This document shows, one piece after another, positions 37,075-50,276 of a stretch of DNA of 50,314 nucleotides; within the stretch, counting starts at the first letter, position 1; every line of letters begins with the position of its first letter. This stretch comes from Octopus bimaculoides. Taxonomy: Eukaryota. The DNA is taken from contig NC_068996.1 of assembly GCF_001194135.2 (NCBI RefSeq), forward strand, positions 37,477,641-37,527,954. Direction: 5' to 3'. The translations under genes were made by a program, and so were the position numbers. The notes under the pieces were generated by a model. The model worked only from the letters and a program-made list of their open reading frames with translations, had not been told where the DNA came from and did no database searches.

Positions 37075-37296
37075 TACTTGGTGACCTCATCAATGTTAGT
37101 ACTGTACAAAAAAAAGCACCCAGTACACTCTAGGAAGTGGCTGGAATTAGGGAAAGGCATCCAGTCGCAGAAACTATGTCAAAGTTTCCGCAGCTGGAAC
37201 CTGGTACAGTCCTCTGGCTTGTCAGTTCATGCCAAACCATCTAACCCATGCCAGCATGGAAAAAGGGATGTTAAATGAAGATGATGATGATAATGA
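37075..37296 (+). mobile_element. Old RTE-tail element
   Basis: Ends CTAACCCATGCCAGCATGGAAAAAGGGATGTTAAATGAAGATGATGATG. Confidence 0.7.
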
Positions 37297-37374
37297 TCTC
37301 ATTTCTGCTAGTGTGCTTTTTTCTCTTTTGTCCTCTTTCTATATATTTTAATACTATATCCTTCTGTTCTTGAT

Positions 37375-37581
37375 TTAAACCTCTAGCATTCAAATTACTA
37401 TATCAAATGTTTTGAATTAGTCATACATTATCTCATAGATTTGACATTTTGATGATGTGATAGTTTTATTCTTAGAATGACATTGGAGGATAGGTTGCAA
37501 AGATTGGATCTAGTTAATATGAACATAAAACAGGTAGAATATTTTGACCAGATTTGGCCAGTTTAAATGCTAAAGGGTCAA
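37375..37581. mobile_element. MITE-H copy
   Basis: TTAAACCTCTAGCATT...AATGCTAAAGGGTCAA. Confidence 0.75.
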
Positions 37582-38825
37582 CCATTTTGGATCTTCATTG
37601 TATTATCTTTTTCTTTCTTAAATAGTTTACTTATTGTTTATCTTGAATGAAAAAAAAAAATGCTGAGAAAATAAGTATAAAAAAACATATATATATATAT
37701 CTATAACCAAGTAACTTTATTATTCTGCACTTTATTTTCTGTTTTACAATTCTTCTTGAAAGGAGAGATGGTAATCTGTCATAGTGAAAATGACTCTAAC
37801 AGTACCTTATTATATAGTCATAATTCTAACTGCAATGGACCTGTTTTGGTATCCTTTTGAGTGGTGCCTGAATGCAACCAATGATGAGGGATACGAATAG
37901 GGTACCATTACTGCAATGGAATTGGAAGAGCTTTGATTCACATAATACCTGTTCATTCTTAGCATGTTAATTATTAATACAACATCCACTAATAGATTAT
38001 AGTTCCCACCAGCCCCAGTGCAATGTGCTCAAGTGAGTGTAGTGTGAGTTTGTAATGAAAGTGTTGGTATTATATGCTTTCATTTTCTGAAAATTTGAAT
38101 TAGTGTTGTTTTGATGTTTTTTTGGGTTTTTTTTTAAGGAAGAAAATACAACGACAAACTACAAATGCAAACAGTATATGTTTATTATCTTAAAATAGTA
38201 AAACATATATTCTTAAACTTATTTATTTGGTCATCATTTGAATTAAAAATATAGTGATATAGTGAGAAAGTGAAAAAGTACCGTACTATAACATCTTCTC
38301 ACTCTGTTTTCTCTTGTCATTACCACCACCATCATCACTATCAACATAGTTACTGCTGCCATGTCCTCCTCCTCCTCCTCCACATGATGTTGATGATGAT
38401 GGTGGTGGTGGTGGTGGTGATTGGTATATCCAGTTATTGGGGTGCCACTCAAGAATTCAGCTGTTGTTGTTGTTGTCCCTGTCCTCCGTCAGAAACAAAA
38501 GAGCCATGGTACTATGTTATTCAGACTAAGATTTTTCTGTTTGTTTCTTCTTTTGCCTTCCTTCAGTCGTGTTCTGTAAAATGGTTTTGGACAGGGACTC
38601 AAGGACGGATACACGTTCCTACCAAGTGGTAGCATGGTATTTGTTCTTTGACAAACCTGTTTGTCTTGTCCTTTATGTAACTATCTCATTTTCATTATAA
38701 AAGGTGAAAGGTACCTTACTGCTGCTTTCATTGCTGAACGCATGTTTCTTTCGTCATTTCGCTTGGGTATCCTACAGTAAAGTTCTCTTGTCTCATGTAA
38801 ATCAGTCTGTTTGTCACTTCTGATG

Positions 38826-38892
<67 letters not shown>

Positions 38893-38900
38893 TAATAATA

Positions 38901-39338
38901 AATGTATCTGTCAAGACCTGCCAAAAACTGAGCAAGTATAAAGCTCTTGAAATAGAAATTGGCAAAATGTGGAACCTGAAGTCTAAAATAATATCTGTTG
39001 TCATAGGTGCCCAAGGAATGATAGCAAAAGGGGCTGATTGCTACCTAGCTAAGATACCAGGAAAACCCAAAATGGCAGAAATTCAAAAGATAGTGCTCAT
39101 GGGAACTGCCCATATCTCACGTAAAATACTGTTTATGTAATCTCAAATTTTAAAACAACCTCATAATTTTCTTATGTTTTCTTAAACAATCTCTAGAACA
39201 ATACTATATGCAAAACTAAATATAAGACACCCTAGGCATAACACCAACTTGAACTTCTAACTTGTTGTCTCTTAAGGTCTCTGGGTGAGACATGGAGCCA
39301 ACTTGTACAAAGCAAAACTCAAACATATGATGATGATG

Positions 39339-39385
<47 letters not shown>
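38901..39385 (+). mobile_element. R4/Dong-like non-LTR retrotransposon 3' end (restriction-like endonuclease C-terminus), flanked by (TAA)n
   Basis: KLSKYKALEIEIGKMWNLKSKIISVVIGAQG...IQKIVLMGTAHISRKIL, stop 39138-39140, then 3' UTR and (AAT)n. Confidence 0.8.
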
Positions 39386-39387
<2 letters not shown>

Positions 39388-39388
<1 letters not shown>

Positions 39389-40128
39389 TAAATCATATTA
39401 TCTCTGGCTGCCCAGTCCTGGCTAAGAAGGAATATATTCACAGACACGACAGAGCTGGGACCTATATACACTGGAAGCTATGCTAACACTATGGAATAAC
39501 AACAGAAAAAAGATGGTATAAACACACGCCAAAAAAGGTCACAGAAAACAACCATACTCTGGGATATGCCAATACACGCAGATAGAGAAATTAAGGCCAA
39601 TAGACCAGATATAGTTGTCAAAGATCATGAAGAAAAAAATGCTTTCTANNNNNNNNNNNNNNNNNNNNNNNNNNNNNNNNNNNNNNNNNNNNNNNNNNNN
39701 NNNNNNNNNNNNNNNNNNNNNNNNNNNNNNNNNNNNNNNNNNNNNNNNNNNNNNNNNNNNNNNNNNNNNNNNNNNNNNNNNNNNNNNNNNNNNNNNNNNN
39801 NNNNNNNNNNNNNNNNNNNNNNNNNNNNNNNNNNNNNNNNNNNNNNNNNNNNNNNNNNNNNNAATTCATATCATAGTAGGTGCCTTAGGTATAATAATAT
39901 TCAGACAAATACATAACAAAAACACCAGGACTTACAAATATATATAACATACAGAAAATTGCACTACTGGGCACTGCACACATCCTACGCAAAACACTTT
40001 CAATACAGTAACCATAAGAGCATCACAGCAAACCACAGCACATACCCAAGGCACACAGAGCTGCGCTCAGTAGTGAAGTGAAAGCATGTTATAAAAATAA
40101 AACTACTGAACAATAATAATAATAATAA
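39388..40128 (+). mobile_element. Second R4/Dong-like fragment (different subfamily), gapped
   Basis: HIISGCPVLAKKEY (zinc-knuckle end), ILWDMPIHADREIKANRPDIVV (RLE PD motif), IQKIALLGTAHILRKTL; in-frame stop and frameshift; (AAT)n tail. Confidence 0.85.
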
Positions 40129-40346
40129 TTTTTTACTAAAGGCACAAGGCAAGGCCTGAAATTTTGGAGTAGGGGACTAGTCAATTACAGTGACCCCAGT
40201 GTTTCACTGGTACTTAATTTACTGATCCTGAAAAGATGAAAGGTAGAGTCAACCTCAATGGAATTTGAACTCAGAATATAGCGAAGGGTGAAATACCACT
40301 AAGCATTTCATCCAGCAAACAAACAGTTCTGCCAGCTTGCCGCCTT
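40129..40346 (-). mobile_element. SINE-E
   Basis: Minus head AAGGCGGCAAGCTGGCAGAA...GAGTTCAAATTCC; tail merges with the R4 (AAT)n. Confidence 0.8.
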
Positions 40347-40526
40347 AACGATAATAATAATTATTATTATTTCAAATTTTGGCAGAAAGCCAGCAGTATT
40401 GGTGGAGGGATTGTTGATTACATCAACCTACCTAAAAAGATGTCAACTCTGACAGAACATAATGATGGACAAAACACCATTAAACACATTTTGCCCAGAA
40501 TGCAAAGGTTCTGCTAACTTACCACC

Positions 40527-40572
<46 letters not shown>

Positions 40573-40573
<1 letters not shown>

Positions 40574-40777
40574 CATCATCATCATCATTCAACATCCGCT
40601 TTCCATGCTAGCATGGGTTGGATGATTTGAGTGAGGACTGGCGAACCAGATGGCTACACCAGACTCCAATTTGATCTGGCAGAGTTTCTACAGCTGGATG
40701 CTCTTCCTAATGCCAACCACTCAGAGAGTGTAGTGGGTGCTTTGTATGTGCCACCAGCATGAGAGCCAGTCAGGCGT
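40573..40777 (-). mobile_element. RTE 3' UTR fragment
   Basis: CATCCGCTTTCCATGCTAGCATGGG...CACTCAGAGAGTGTAGTGGGTGC. Confidence 0.85.
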
Positions 40778-40799
40778 TGCAATGATGATGATGATGATG

Positions 40800-40850
<51 letters not shown>

Positions 40851-40852
<2 letters not shown>

Positions 40853-41247
40853 CCTTTCTACTATAGGCACAAGGCCTGAAATTGTTGGGGGAGGGGACAA
40901 GTCAATTACATCAACCCCAGTGTTCCACTGGTACTTAATTTATCAATCCCGAAGGAATGAAAAGCAAAGCTGACCTTGATGGAATATGAACTCAGAATGT
41001 AAAGAGGGACAAAATGCCACTAAGCATTTTGCCCAGTGTGCTAATGATTCTTATTTCTTTATTGCCCACAAGGGGTTACACACCTAGGAGACAAACGGAT
41101 TAAGTTGATTACATTGATCCCAGTGCGTAACTGGTACTTAATTTATTGATCCTGAAAGGATGAAAGGCAAAGTGGACTTCAGCGGAATTTGAACTCAGAA
41201 CGTAGCAACAGATGAAATACCACTAACAATTCTGCCAGCTCGCTGCT

Positions 41248-41249
<2 letters not shown>
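40851..41249 (-). mobile_element. Two adjacent SINE-E copies (40851-41051 and 41052-41249) with different 3' ends
   Basis: Shared CTGGTACTTAATTTAT.GA.CC.GAA..GATGAAA central domain; distinct tail-proximal segments. Confidence 0.8.
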
Positions 41250-41282
<33 letters not shown>

Positions 41283-41777
41283 CATCATCATCATCATCAT
41301 GATAATAACTGTTTCTGGTACTAAGCCAGCGTTTTAGTGGGAAAGGACAGTTGATGATACCAACCCTGGTACTTGACTAGTACTTTTTTTCATCAACATC
41401 TACAGACACAAAGTATTTCTTTTTGCTGGTCTTGCTCCTGTTTTGTTGTTTCAGTTATAAAAGAACATGAAAGAGTTCTTGAAATCTTGCCACAGACCTC
41501 CAAACACAAACGTTTTATTCTCTACTTTGTTTTTATGTGGTAATTTGAAGTAATTCTATGGTGAAAATGAGTGGATTGAATTTTAAAAAATTGACATTAA
41601 AAACTGAAATTGAAAAAAAAATAGTTGAAACATTAAAAGTGAATTCAAATAGAAAAATGAATAAAAGAAGGAAATAGCAATTTTCCGCCATATTATCACT
41701 ATTCAAGCAGAGTAGGCACTTTCATCTGCCTTCATTTTGAAGTAATTTATGTATTTAAGATAATATAACAATTGAGA

Positions 41778-42415
41778 TTAATTCTGTAGCATTCAGATTA
41801 CTCTGTCTATTGTAAAAGGGTAAAGGGTAAAGACCCCCTTCAGTCATGGATGACCATAGGATTGCACCTAGAAGTTCCCCTCCGAGGCACAAGTGTGAGC
41901 AAGGTCATTTATGGAAGACCAGCAGTCACCCATGCATACCAACTTCTCCTCTCCATGCCACCAGTGTTATCCAAGGGAAAGGCAAAGGCTGATACAGCTT
42001 GGCACCAGTGATATCACAATACATTTCTGCAGCTGAATGAATTGGAGCAATGTGAAATAAAGTGTCTTGCCCAAGAACGTAACATACAGCTGGATCCAAG
42101 AATTGAACTTACTACCTCATGATAGTGAGCCCCATGCTCTAACCACTGAGCCATGTATCTCCACACATTGTCAAATGTAATGTTTAAGTATTCACATTGT
42201 TTTTAATTAATCCTACATTATTTCATACGTTCAAGGTTTTGATGATGTGATTGTTTGTTTTTTAGAATGATATTGTAGGGTAAGCGTGAGAGGCCAGTTC
42301 TGGTTAGTTTGAACATAAAACAGGTAGAATATTTGCCAGATACAATGCTTACTTTAATATAAAACACATAGAATATATGGGCAGGATATGGTCAGTTTAA
42401 ATGCTAAAGGGTTAA
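41778..42415. mobile_element. MITE-H copy interrupted by SINE-G, with an internal duplication of about 45 bp
   Basis: Left end GTAGCATTCAGATTACTCTGTC; right end AATGCTAAAGGGTTAA. Confidence 0.75.
41814..42166 (-). mobile_element. SINE-G, full length with (ACCCTTT)n tail
   Basis: Minus A-box TGGCTCAGTGG, B-box GTTCAATTC, TTCTTGGGCAAGACAC core; ATTGT at 41809-41813 and 42167-42171. Confidence 0.85.
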
Positions 42416-42715
42416 ACTAATAGGCATTAAGGTAGAGTTTTGAGACATCATCATCATCATTTAGCATCTGTTTTCCATGCTGGTATGGGTTAGACAGTAG
42501 GATAAGTCATGGCAAAGGTAGAGCAAACCCCTAAGTCTTTACTTTGTTCTAAAAATCAGTTTATTATCTAGAGCCCCAAATATGGACTATATCAGATATT
42601 AAGCTGATAAGAACAGAAGCAAATAAAACCATTTGCAAATATTTGTGATTCTAATGTTCTGGAGATAAAGATGAACCATCTTTTTTCTCTAAACACTTAT
42701 AGATACTGAGCGTTT

Positions 42716-42942
42716 TTAACGCTTTAGCATTTAGATCTCTATCAATTGCAATGCTTATTTATTCATATTGTTTTCAACTAATCGTGTATTATCTTGTATC
42801 TAAGAGATTTCAATGATGTGATTGTTTAGTTGTAGAATGACATTGTAGGGTAGGTGTGAGAGGCCACATCTTGTTAGTTTGAACACAATACAGGTAAAAT
42901 ATTTGGGACCAGATATGGCTGGTTTAAATGCTAAAGGGTTAA
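42716..42942. mobile_element. MITE-H copy, intact ends
   Basis: TTAACGCTTTAGCATT...AATGCTAAAGGGTTAA. Confidence 0.85.
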
Positions 42943-43649
42943 TGCTGAAATTGTACCAGACCAAGAAAAATATTGTGATATTGTGGAAGAATGAAGGGAA
43001 GCAAAGTGGGAAAAGAGACAGTTGGGACCAGAAGCTAGATGAAGTGACTTCACATCAAGAAGCAAGGTGTTCGAAACAATCTCTTTCTTTGCTGGGGCAT
43101 CAAGCACAATAGATGTGTTGAAGGGATCATTTTAGGGGAGTAGTTCTTTTCTGGCCAGAAGCACATGTTTGAGTATGATTATTGAGTTCTGCTGGCGCTC
43201 GTGTCTCAAAGTTTGGATATACTGTTGCTGATTGCATCTCATGGTAAGAGCAACCATATTTTTGTCTTATAACTACAAATATAGAAATTATCTGGAATTA
43301 GAAATTGACTGGAATTATTTAAATTATTTTTATAATTACTTAAGCTAATTTTACAAATCTTCTCTGTAGTTTAATCAGTTTTTTCTCTTTAGCAAATCTA
43401 TTAGTTTTGGTATTTTTTTACTTTTACATGGAGTTAAATAATGGTTTCGTGTTTACAATCTCAAAAAGTCTTTCAAACTTTCCATAAGACTAGACTTTAT
43501 TAAGTCTCAAACCAAGATGTTAATTTAAAATGTATGAGAGTAGATTATGAGATATTTTTCTGGTTTATTGATATTATTTTATGGTGATCCATCCTTCAGA
43601 GCAGAAATGTTAAGACCACTCCCTCTGATGAAGAGGATTGGCCTACAAG

Positions 43650-43908
43650 AGTCTTGTGCTGATGCCATGTAAAAAGCACTTGAGCCAGCATCACATAAAA
43701 GTGCTCATGCTGGTGCCACATTAAAAGCACCCACCACACACTGTAAAGTGATTGGCATTAGAAAGGGTATCTAGCCAGAGAAACTAGGCTGAATCAGACT
43801 GGAACCTAGTGCAGCTCTTCAGCTTGCCAGCTCTGGTCAAACCGTCCAACCCATATCATTGTGGAAAATGGACGTTAAAGGATGAAGATGATGATGATGA
43901 TGATGATG
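43650..43908 (+). mobile_element. Old RTE-tail element
   Basis: Ends CAAACCGTCCAACCCAT...GGAAAATGGACGTTAAAGGATGAAG(ATG)n. Confidence 0.7.
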
Positions 43909-44922
43909 AGTATTTCAAATTGTTAAGCAGAAGTAGTCTTTTTCCTTTTTGATGTTATATCATTGCAGTTTGATGTTATAAACATGGAACATAAATACCT
44001 ATAAATAAATGAAGAAAATAATGAAAAATAATTCAAAAGTAGTTTAATGTGCAACTCAACAATTTTTTTTTTGTTTTTACTTGAATTACTTTGTAGCTCA
44101 TCTTCATTTTTTTTCTTTATTGTAATAAACAGGTCACACCAAATATATTTTACATTTGTGATTTGTACTAATTTAAATGTTAGTAACAGAAAATATATTT
44201 TAGTACTTTCACAACATGTAAAAACAATCAACTAATACTTGTATTAAATTACTTTTTTCTAATTTGAATAACAGTGATCACCAAATATATCTGAGGTGTT
44301 TAGAATCATATTGATTTGTAAACAGTGATCTGGTAATTGATTAACAAAAAAGGTTGCTGCTGTAAATAAGACAAAAATGAACACTTATGTATTTTTGCAA
44401 CATAAATAATGATATTGAAATAAAATAATTACAACAATATAAATATAATTTCATTTAAAAACACCACCATTCAACATAGAATTAATTCCTTTTTGTCAGA
44501 TCATTTAAACAATGTACATTTTCATATTTTTACTTTGTAAAACTCAAAATAAAACTAAAATTGTGAATTTACTAAGGGATTGATATTTTATGACAAATAA
44601 TATATTTTGTGATATATATTATGTGCATGTGAATGAGTTTGTATGTGTAGTGTATTTGTGATTGTGTTGTAGATGTGATTGTGTTTGTATATGTGTGGGT
44701 ATGTAAGGTTTAAGATTATAAGATAAAGAAAACCATAGGAGAATAATAAAATATAGTCAATGACAGGTATGTATCAAAGGAACAGTTTCCTCAAAATAAA
44801 TAAATAAAAATCAATTCAGGTAAAAATAATACTCCTCTAAGAACAGATTTTTATGCAACATTAAAATCTAAAATGATATAATTTTTCTTTGAAATATAAA
44901 CAAAATATGCTTACATTGTCAT

Positions 44923-44992
<70 letters not shown>

Positions 44993-45208
44993 CCAATCCT
45001 TAGAATAGTGTATTTCTATTTTAAAAATGAAAATAAATCATGTTAAAAAATAGAAGCATTTCTTTTGTTTCATACAAAACAACTTGTATAGAGAGTAAAG
45101 TAACATACCCAGAGGAAAAACCATTTTTGTAAAATATTATGAAAATTCTAATATCATATATGAATAATTACCTGAATTTATTCAAGTATTGTAAAGTTTA
45201 GTATTAAT

Positions 45209-45263
<55 letters not shown>

Positions 45264-45891
45264 CATGTATATATACATATATGCCAGTATACATACGTAT
45301 ATACATACATGCATACTTATAAACATATGTATTTTGAAGAGATAACTGTAAGTAAAGTAATTGCATTTAGTATTAAAGTTTCCTTAAACTCTGATAATTT
45401 TCTTAATTTTTGATAGACACAAGAAAAATTGAAGATTCTAAAACCATGATTTATCTAGTATTTTGAATAATAAATTACCAGGACTTTAATTCTGAAATTC
45501 AATTTAGCCATATTTTGAACATCTTACAATTAGTATCAAGGATTTACTGGAAAATCAATTAAAAATTATTACTTCTTAAACAAGGAACATTAAAAACTAG
45601 CTTACATGTTAGAAAAAGTCTATACCCCTTTTCATATTTCAGTGGTTTTAATTTTTACATTAGATGTATAGTGGACATCAGAGCATGTCTGTAGCCATAG
45701 TTTCAAGATTTGCTAAGTTCAAGCAAGAGTTAGTGATTCAAGAAGCTTCAGCAACCTTTTGTCTGTATATCTCTCTTACATTTTGGATATAGCATTGTCT
45801 ATTGAATTTAGCATTGAGGCTGAACATTTGAATATGTTCCTCTAAGTTTCCAAAGAACTATTGCCCTTTAACTCCTCAATTCTAAATATAG

Positions 45892-45923
<32 letters not shown>

Positions 45924-45981
45924 GAATGCATGCAACTATACATACATATATGTGTATTTATGCATATATATATATGTATGT

Positions 45982-46015
<34 letters not shown>

Positions 46016-46970
46016 ATCTGAGTGATGTGATGTGATGAGAACCACTATACCTTTTTTTGATGGTTGAAACTCAATACGGTTTTGATTCCTTTGTCTTTAG
46101 TGCCAAAACTTTTGGCATTACCAATACAATGTCAGCAGCTTTGATCAAGAACGATCATGTGATCGTGAGTGCAACACCCTAATCACTAGGTCACAATACC
46201 TTCACATAAAGGAGAGTTAAGTTTAAATAAACTTGCAGAGTCTAAGAGGAACTGAATCACTTGCTTTGCTGAGAAGTAGGTTTTTATAATCTTGTGACAT
46301 GTTTCTATATCAGCAGCAATGATTTGTATCTGCTATGCTTTATGAGGATCCCTTGTGAATTACGAACTTGGATAGCATCATGATTCGCATCACTTTATAC
46401 AGTATATTGCTACCATATCATTTCTTGGATTACTGAACAAAAATTTCACAGGGACAGCAACACTGCCACATGTAAAAACAGGATCATTAAAATGGTATTG
46501 ACTTAAAGAACAGCAACTCCTGACCAACACACACACACATGTACATTATTTAGTAGCAAAGTTTCTTTACCACTTGTAAAATTTGAAATGCACAATTTAT
46601 GTTATTTTTTAACATAACCTTGATGACATGCAAAATACTCAAAACATGTGCTAATATGGCCTTAGAAACCACGTTTTTGCATCACGCAATTTAATAGGAT
46701 CTTCTTTTTAATTCTATGCAACTATGTCAAAACATTATGGGTCTCACAGGTAACGGTCTTCTTTTTTTAATTTGTAACATAAAATAATAATAGTAATTAA
46801 TTTGAAATAATTTGTATGTATCTGTATGAACATTGTGTATGAATACATGACACACGTTAACAGATATAAAGACATTATATACACAAATATATATGTTAAT
46901 GTATGTATATATATGTTTATGTAAGTATATATGTTTATGTATATATGTTTATGTATATATGTTTATGTGT

Positions 46971-47294
46971 TGGATGTGTAATGTCAATGTGAATACCCGT
47001 CAAAGTGTAAGTATCTTGAGAGAAAAGCTGAACATTAGAAGCATCAGTTGTGGCGTGCAAGAGAGACGATTGCGCTGGTATGGACATGTGGTGAGAATGG
47101 AGGAGGATAGCTGCGTGAAAAAGTGCCACACCCTAACAGTTGAGGGAACCCGTGGAAGAGGTAGGCCCAGGAAGACCTGGGCTGAGGTGGTGAGGCAAGA
47201 CCTTCGTACATTGGGCCTCACCGAGGCGATGACTACTGACCGAGACCTTTGGAAATGTGCTGTACGTGAGAAGACCCGGCAAGCCAAGTAAGAT
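46971..47294 (+). mobile_element. Young RTE LINE ORF2 C-terminus, 5'-truncated; 3' UTR lost in the gap
   Basis: WMCNV...LREKLNIR...RRLRWYGHVVRM...GTRGRGRPRKTW...RQAK*, stop 47289-47291. Confidence 0.9.
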
Positions 47295-48191
47295 NNNNNN
47301 NNNNNNNNNNNNNNNNNNNNNNNNNNNNNNNNNNNNNNNNNNNNNNNNNNNNNNNNNNNNNNNNNNNNNNNNNNNNNNNNNNNNNNNNNNNNNNNNNNNN
47401 NNNNNNNNNNNNNNNNNNNNNNNNNNNNNNNNNNNNNNNNNNNNNNNNNNNNNNNNNNNNNNNNNNNNNNNNNNNNNNNNNNNNNNNNNNNNNNNNNNNN
47501 NNNNNNNNNNNNNNNNNNNNNNNNNNNNNNNNNNNNNNNNNNNNNNNNNNNNNNNNNNNNNNNNNNNNNNNNNNNNNNNNNNNNNNNNNNNNNNNNNNNN
47601 NNNNNNNNNNNNNNNNNNNNNNNNNNNNNNNNNNNNNNNNNNNNNNNNNNNNNNNNNNNNNNNNNNNNNNNNNNNNNNNNNNNNNNNNNNNNNNNNNNNN
47701 NNNNNNNNNNNNNNNNNNNNNNNNNNNNNNNNNNNNNNNNNNNNNNNNNNNNNNNNNNNNNNNNNNNNNNNNNNNNNNNNNNNNNNNNNNNNNNNNNNNN
47801 NNNNNNNNNNNNNNNNNNNNNNNNNNNNNNNNNNNNNNNNNNNNNNNNNNNNNNNNNNNNNNNNNNNNNNNNNNNNNNNNNNNNNNNNNNNNNNNNNNNN
47901 NNNNNNNNNNNNNNNNNNNNNNNNNNNNNNNNNNNNNNNNNNNNNNNNNNNNNNNNNNNNNNNNNNNNNNNNNNNNNNNNNNNNNNNNNNNNNNNNNNNN
48001 NNNNNNNNNNNNNNNNNNNNNNNNNNNNNNNNNNNNNNNNNNNNNNNNNNNNNNNNNNNNNNNNNNNNNNNNNNNNNNNNNNNNNNNNNNNNNNNNNNNN
48101 NNNNNNNNNNNNNNNNNNNNNNNNNNNNNNNNNNNNNNNNNNNNNNNNNNNNNNNNNNNNNNNNNNNNNNNNNNNNNNNNNNNNNNNNNNN

Positions 48192-48235
<44 letters not shown>

Positions 48236-48693
48236 GTATATGCATATATATATATCTATATATCTATATACCAACATTACATACATATATACATACATTC
48301 ATGTATGTAAATTCTATACACACACACACATATATGAAGGTATTTCTAATAAATTAAGAAAGAACATATAGCTCTAACAACAGAAGAATCTCAATTGCAA
48401 CCTAGCAAGGTTTTGTCAGCTGTCAGAACACACATGTTTTCTCAATCAGTATCCAAAATAAATCTTCGGTGTTGTAGATTAATTAAATTGTGCATGAAGA
48501 GAATTTTGAAACAGAATACAAGGCTGAACAGGAGAGAAGAATTATAGAGTATTCATTATTTTTGTAAGAAAGTATTTCTAATTTTGCTTCAAAACAATTT
48601 TTGGATTATAGTCTCAAAGTACAATATGCAGTTTTAAACAGAGGAACATGATGGTTAAAGTCTAGTTGCCTCTCATCAACCATCAGTACACAT

Positions 48694-48771
48694 TTCTTCA
48701 AGACTTATAGCTCCAATTATTCTTCAAGACTTATAGCTCCAATTATTCTTTAAGGCTTATAGTTCCAATTA
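48694..48771. repeat. 26-bp minisatellite x3
   Basis: TTCTTCAAGACTTATAGCTCCAATTA twice, plus one copy with 3 mismatches. Confidence 0.9.
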
Positions 48772-48919
48772 TACACTTTCTTAAACAGAACAAATTTATG
48801 TACTCTTTGGTTTATTTCATGATTTTTCAACATATACAGAGTTACACACACATTGCATGTATAAACATATATGTGCATATCAGGTATGTACGTAATCATA
48901 TGTTCACACACGCACGCGC

Positions 48920-48921
48920 GT

Positions 48922-48985
<64 letters not shown>
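48920..48985. repeat. (CA)n microsatellite (representative; many other AT, CA, GATA, CAT and TAA arrays are present)
   Basis: Direct reading. Confidence 0.95.
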
Positions 48986-48987
<2 letters not shown>

Positions 48988-49641
48988 AAGGATTAAAATT
49001 AATCAAAGGACATACTATGTCTACCTGCTGGAAATAACAGCCAAAACTCTTACTTAAATCACCAAAATATAATAACTATAATAACTACAGAAATCAACCA
49101 ACCAAAGGCAAAATGGCTAAAGCAATCTCTCAGCATACATTCAAATATTTGGACTCATAGGAGTGGTTTCTGGACTGGCATAATAGTCAAACCTTCCTCA
49201 GCATGTGTTATCATGATAGAGAGCCCCAACCCATTGTGTTGCACTGCAACTGATATATATATATATATATATATATATGGTTAAATCTCTCCTGTAACTT
49301 GAGTATGGCTGACTAACTGAATTGGTGTTTGAAGTGACTGGACTGTTTACTGACACATGTACCTCTAGTGTAATTCTCAGGCAGAATCAATGTGGCAAGC
49401 GTGACAAGGGTGTGGACCTTTGAATTACAAGTACATTCTATTCAACAGGTATCTGTCTACACAGGCTTTGTTTTTCCCAAAAACCCACTCTCATGACTTG
49501 GGTCAACCCTGTGGTTAATGGTTGAGGCACGTGCTCAAGGTGTCACACAAGGAGATCAAGCCTTGGTTTTCATGGCTGCAAACTGAATGTTTAATGACTT
49601 AGTCATGCCTATCTACACACACACACACACACATACACACA

Positions 49642-49680
<39 letters not shown>

Positions 49681-50276
49681 TCCCTCTTTTTTTATCCATT
49701 TCTTTCTCTCTCTCTCAGATAAATTTTCCAGAAATGCAATAGAACTTACCAGTAAGAGTCACTTACTGTGTGTGTGTGTGGGGGGGGGGGACACACGTGT
49801 GTGTGAGTGTGTGTGTATGTGCGTGTGTGTATGTGTGTGTGTGTTAAATAAGGATAAAAAAATTTAAATTATAGTTCCTAACCACTTTAATATGAATTTG
49901 TGTTCATCCTTATTTCTCCAACATTTGCTCTGTAGTTCATAAACTGGTAATACTGTTCAGTATAGAACTTACTTAACAACTCTATAGGAATCACACTGGA
50001 TAATGATACTCTATGTGTAGCTCCAACCATAACAGTAGCAGTTGTACAATCTCTAGTACATATACAGAGTTCATCAAAATAATGTATACACACTTCAGGA
50101 AAAGGAAAATCTGTATAAATATTTAACTTGTATAATAAGTACCTCTATAAATCTTTTGATGTTTTATCAAATTGCGATAACACTCACTAAATAAATTGCA
50201 ATAATACTGAATTAAAATATTCATATAGATTTTTCCTTTCTTGAAGTGTGTATACATGTTTGGGGTGGACTCTGTA

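Noticed and set aside
38270-38632. 120-aa plus-strand ORF with His, Met, Val and Cys runs
   Set aside because: Composition is that of the antisense strand of triplet repeats
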